Below, piece by piece: positions 38,929-42,516 of a stretch of DNA of 42,516 nucleotides. The notes under the pieces were generated by a model. That model did no database searches. It saw only the letters and a list, made by a program, of their open reading frames with translations, and had not been told where the DNA came from. How positions within the stretch are numbered: position 1 is the stretch's first letter; the number at the start of each line of letters is the position of its first letter. This DNA comes from Conidiobolus incongruus B7586 (taxonomy: Eukaryota), in the NCBI GenBank assembly GCA_000697335.1, contig JNEM01010310.1, forward strand, positions 1 to 42,516, written 5' to 3'. The position numbers and the translations under genes were made by a program.

Positions 38929-40416
38929 ATATTAGAAAAGATTGAAAATTTAATAATTTCAAATTACTTGTTAAAGTTAAATCAAATTATTCTTAAATAA
39001 CAGTTATAAAATATTTCCAATCAATTTATACTGTTCAAAATTTTTTTACTATATATAGTCATAGAATTTCATTCTTCCAAGGTTTAATTGATGGAATAAG
39101 GATGAAAATTAAATAATTGAATATAACTTAAATATATTCATCGGATTAAAATTTCTAAAATGCTATATCGTTTGGGATTCAACATTTTTGCATTGGATTT
39201 TGACAAATAAAGATAAATTGTAATGATTTTGAACAAATAAATAAATATCAGGATATGCTTATAACAAAGCGCGATATGAATTGGATTGAAATATGATAAT
39301 AAATCAGATTATATTGGATAATATATAAACAATTATTATGTAATAATAAATTGATTTAATTTTTCTAACTGCTCAAATTATATTTATTACTCTCTTAATT
39401 TAGAAATATAAATATGATTCAAATATAGTAAAAATATATATTTTTTATTTGAAAAAAGTTTTAGATCTGTGCTAACTATTTAAGTTATAGAAAACTAATT
39501 ATATATTAGAATAGTAACTAAGACCATAATGTTATGTTTCATTCTATTTTATCTCCAAAAAGCATTTAAATTAATATAATGATTCAAGAAATAAATCAAA
39601 TATGAATATAACTGAAAAATGAATTCAAGATAAAGGTGAAAAGTAACAAAATATAATTAGAAATCAAAAACATACTTTGGTGTAGTATAAATTGCTAATA
39701 TTTTTTAATATCTAGATTTTGTAATATGAATTTTGAATTATTATATAATTCCAATATTAAATTAACAGCTTTATAATGTACCTCAAACTGAAATATTAAT
39801 TTCAAGTCATAATATTAATATATTTTTTCTATTGACAAATATTTTGCTGAATGAATACTTTTGAGGTTGTTTTTCTAATATAAATTGAATTCGCTAAAAA
39901 ACTCTAAATTTAGTATTTTAAATTATTATATAAAATATTTGATTTAAAATCATAATATTAATCTATTATATATAAGATTTATAGATAAATGAAAATTAGT
40001 TTATTATAAAAAAGAATTATCCAAATTTACTTAGTTTTAAATTAATATTATTATTTATTGCTTTTTTTTAGATTTACTTGATTAAGGTAACGGATGAAAA
40101 ATAAAATTTTAATCTAAAATTGGTAATGGATTAATAATCAATTTTAAAATTCTATAATAATAATAAATTTTAACTTATTTAATTTAGTTAATATTACCCT
40201 TCTGGGATTGTAAAATAATCAATTTAACATATGATATATCAGTTAATTAGTTTGTTTAGATAAAATCAGGTAGGACTGCTAAAAAACACTATTTCTTGTC
40301 TGCGTATTATCAATAAAAACAAATATTATTTAATTTTATCGTAGTTATTGAATAATACCTATACTAATTCTGAGCAATATAATTGAAAATTACAGATATT
40401 TTAATAGTATAGTGAA

Positions 40417-40878
40417 TTACTTACTTCCCTCTGAATTAGTTTTAACTTGGTAGAAATTGCCCTGTTTGACCAAATTCCCCTTGAGGGCATCGAATAGAGT
40501 AGATTTAGGTATATTAGTATGCATTGATAGTGCTTTGAACGAAGTTCTATACTCTGCAGGAATATTTTCAATCATGCTCAAATCAATCGGTGTTTTCTTT
40601 CTACCTGACTTCAGAGGAATTTGAGAGCGCACATTCGCACACTCCTCTCCATTCTCCAGAGATTGACGACCTTGTCTCCAAATCCGACTCACGGTCAAGG
40701 AGGTCACCCCGAACTGTCTCCCAACCCTGCTCAAGATACCGTGAGGTAGCTTCCCCTTAACACTACCCTCCAGCAGGATTTCATAAATACGCTGACGTTG
40801 ACTATTTGTCAAATTTGGTTTTCTGACCTTTGGTTTAGTCATCTGTACTTGACGCTTCTTCGTCATATTACCTAGCAT
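40417..40878 (-). CDS. Stand-alone DNA-binding (paired HTH) domain of a plant-type DD39D mariner transposase; no catalytic domain
   Basis: LTNSQRQRIYEILLEGSVKGKLPHG..VGRQFGVTSLTVSRIWRQGR..NVRSQ..KSGRKK..IDLSMIENIP..RTSFKALS..IPKSTLFDALK resembles the N-terminus of Soymar/Osmar-type transposases. The frame is intact with gene-like GC. The start (40926, 40878 or 40866) and a possible terminal intron (GTAAGT at the ORF end) are uncertain. Confidence 0.75.
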   Translation of the reverse strand: MLGNMTKKRQVQMTKPKVRKPNLTNSQRQRIYEILLEGSVKGKLPHGILSRVGRQFGVTSLTVSRIWRQGRQSLENGEECANVRSQIPLKSGRKKTPIDLSMIENIPAEYRTSFKALSMHTNIPKSTLFDALKGNLVKQGNFYQVKTNSEGSK

Positions 40879-42516
40879 TCTGAATATATTGATAATGATA
40901 ACTTGGATCAATTTATATATATGCATCCAATCAATCTGTGCAAAATCGGTATAAGGATATCAATGATTAAATTTCAACTTAATTTGGTCTCTAATTTTAG
41001 GTTTGAAATTTGGTGACTGTTATTATGAAATTGATAATTTATACTATTTGTAATTTATCAATAAATCTTTGATTTATTGGTTTATTAAGGTTTTTTTTAT
41101 TGATTCTTGGTAATAATTCAAACCTGGATAAATTTGTGTATATAATAATTTTTAATATTATTTGGTTATTAATTTGGTAATATAATTTTTTAATAATAGT
41201 GATAACAATAATAATAATAATTAAAATTGAAATTAATTAAATCAGTATTAAGTTTATAATGGTTAATAGGTTAAAAATTTCCAAAATAATATAAATACAA
41301 CAAAGAAATAGTTCTGCAAATATTTTATTTTAATTTAACTATTTTCAATATATTTTAAAAATATTATATTGAAATAAATATTGGGAAATTAAATCTATAG
41401 TTGAAGTTTAATATTTTTTTAAAGGTCAGACTATATCTAAATAAAATGTTGAGATAATTTATTAAAAATTCAACGTTACAAATCATTCAAACTTAGCTCT
41501 TCTGAACCTACTGATATATAATTAAAACTATAAAATTTAGTGTTAAATAAAATAATTCAAATCAAATATCTTACTTATGTTAACATTTTTATATTAACTG
41601 ATTATATTATAAAAGTTAGAAATAAGTTGATTCAAATGTTAGAACAATAATAAACAGTGTAAATTTTAGATTAATTTCAGTCAAAATCTAAAAGATTGTA
41701 ATAATCGATAAAATGAATCATTTAATTTTATCTCAAATCCATAAATGGTTATATATTAAACTATATAATATGAAATCATTAAAATTGAATAATTATTTTA
41801 TTTTAATTATTTTGTAATTTAAAATAATAATTAATAAGAAAATAAATATAAAACTATTCAAATTTATATAATATTCAATAATCTATTTATTAATTTTATA
41901 ATATAAATTAGATAATTCCATTATAACTATTATTGGCATTAGTAAATATAGGAGGAAATATAATTTAAAGCTTAATTAGAGTATTGATAGTTATATACAA
42001 TAAGCTAGCAAAGTTAGATGAAATTAATGAGCTTCATTAATTAAAGCAAAATTATTTATTATGAATTAGATTGTATAAAAAAATTAAATATCATATATTT
42101 ATTATAAATCAATATTATTATGAATATTATAAGAAAATATAAAGACTAAATAATATTAAAATATAGATAACTAGATAATATTTATTAATCCAATTATGAT
42201 TATCTTATATTAGTTTTTTGTTTATTTTTATGAATAAGAATAACTCAAAAGCTAAAAATAAAGGAATCCTAGTTTTTAAAATTAAAAATATTTAATATAA
42301 CTTTTAATTTGATATAATAATTATAGTATCTTAAATAATTATCATAGAAGATCATTTCATTAAATTAATATAAATAACCTTATGTCTATATTAGCTTTTA
42401 ATTTCCCAAGTGATTTATATTTTTAATTTTTTAATTTAATGAATAATATTGTAATAGCTAATAAATAAAATTTTTTCTTATTTTTAATATTTTATTAATT
42501 TTATTTATTTTTTTTC

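Noticed and set aside
1..42516. CRISPR arrays, prokaryotic operons or organellar DNA suggested by the extreme AT content
   Set aside because: No repeat-spacer arrays were seen. Spliceosomal introns and nuclear eukaryotic genes show this is nuclear DNA, and the AT-rich tracts I could identify are mutated transposons.

Overview
Eukaryotic, very AT-rich genomic window with many ~45-60 nt GT-AG introns. The style suggests an early-diverging fungus, possibly Conidiobolus-like; this is inference only. Intact genes: UTP18, a DH-PH (RhoGEF-like) protein carrying three tandem EVH1/RanBD-like PH-fold repeats, a secreted Q-rich protein, importin-9 (KAP114/IPO9), two intronless EamA/DMT transporters, the mitochondrial ribosome recycling factor, tRNA-Ala(AGC), tRNA-Val(TAC), and a short ORF matching only the DNA-binding N-terminus of a plant-type DD39D mariner transposase. 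Decayed sequence: three copies of a DD34D mariner, two copies of a Tc1-like remnant, a third EamA paralog split by a complete 1305-bp mariner (TA duplication; removing it restores the frame), a VPS52-like pseudogene, and two tandem multi-TM pseudogenes. The strongest signal is near-exhaustive, both-strand C>T/G>A mutation of the repeated transposons in many dinucleotide contexts (RIP-like), while single-copy sequence, the transposase-derived ORF and a 106-bp near-identical inverted repeat are spared. All alignments and translations were done by eye.
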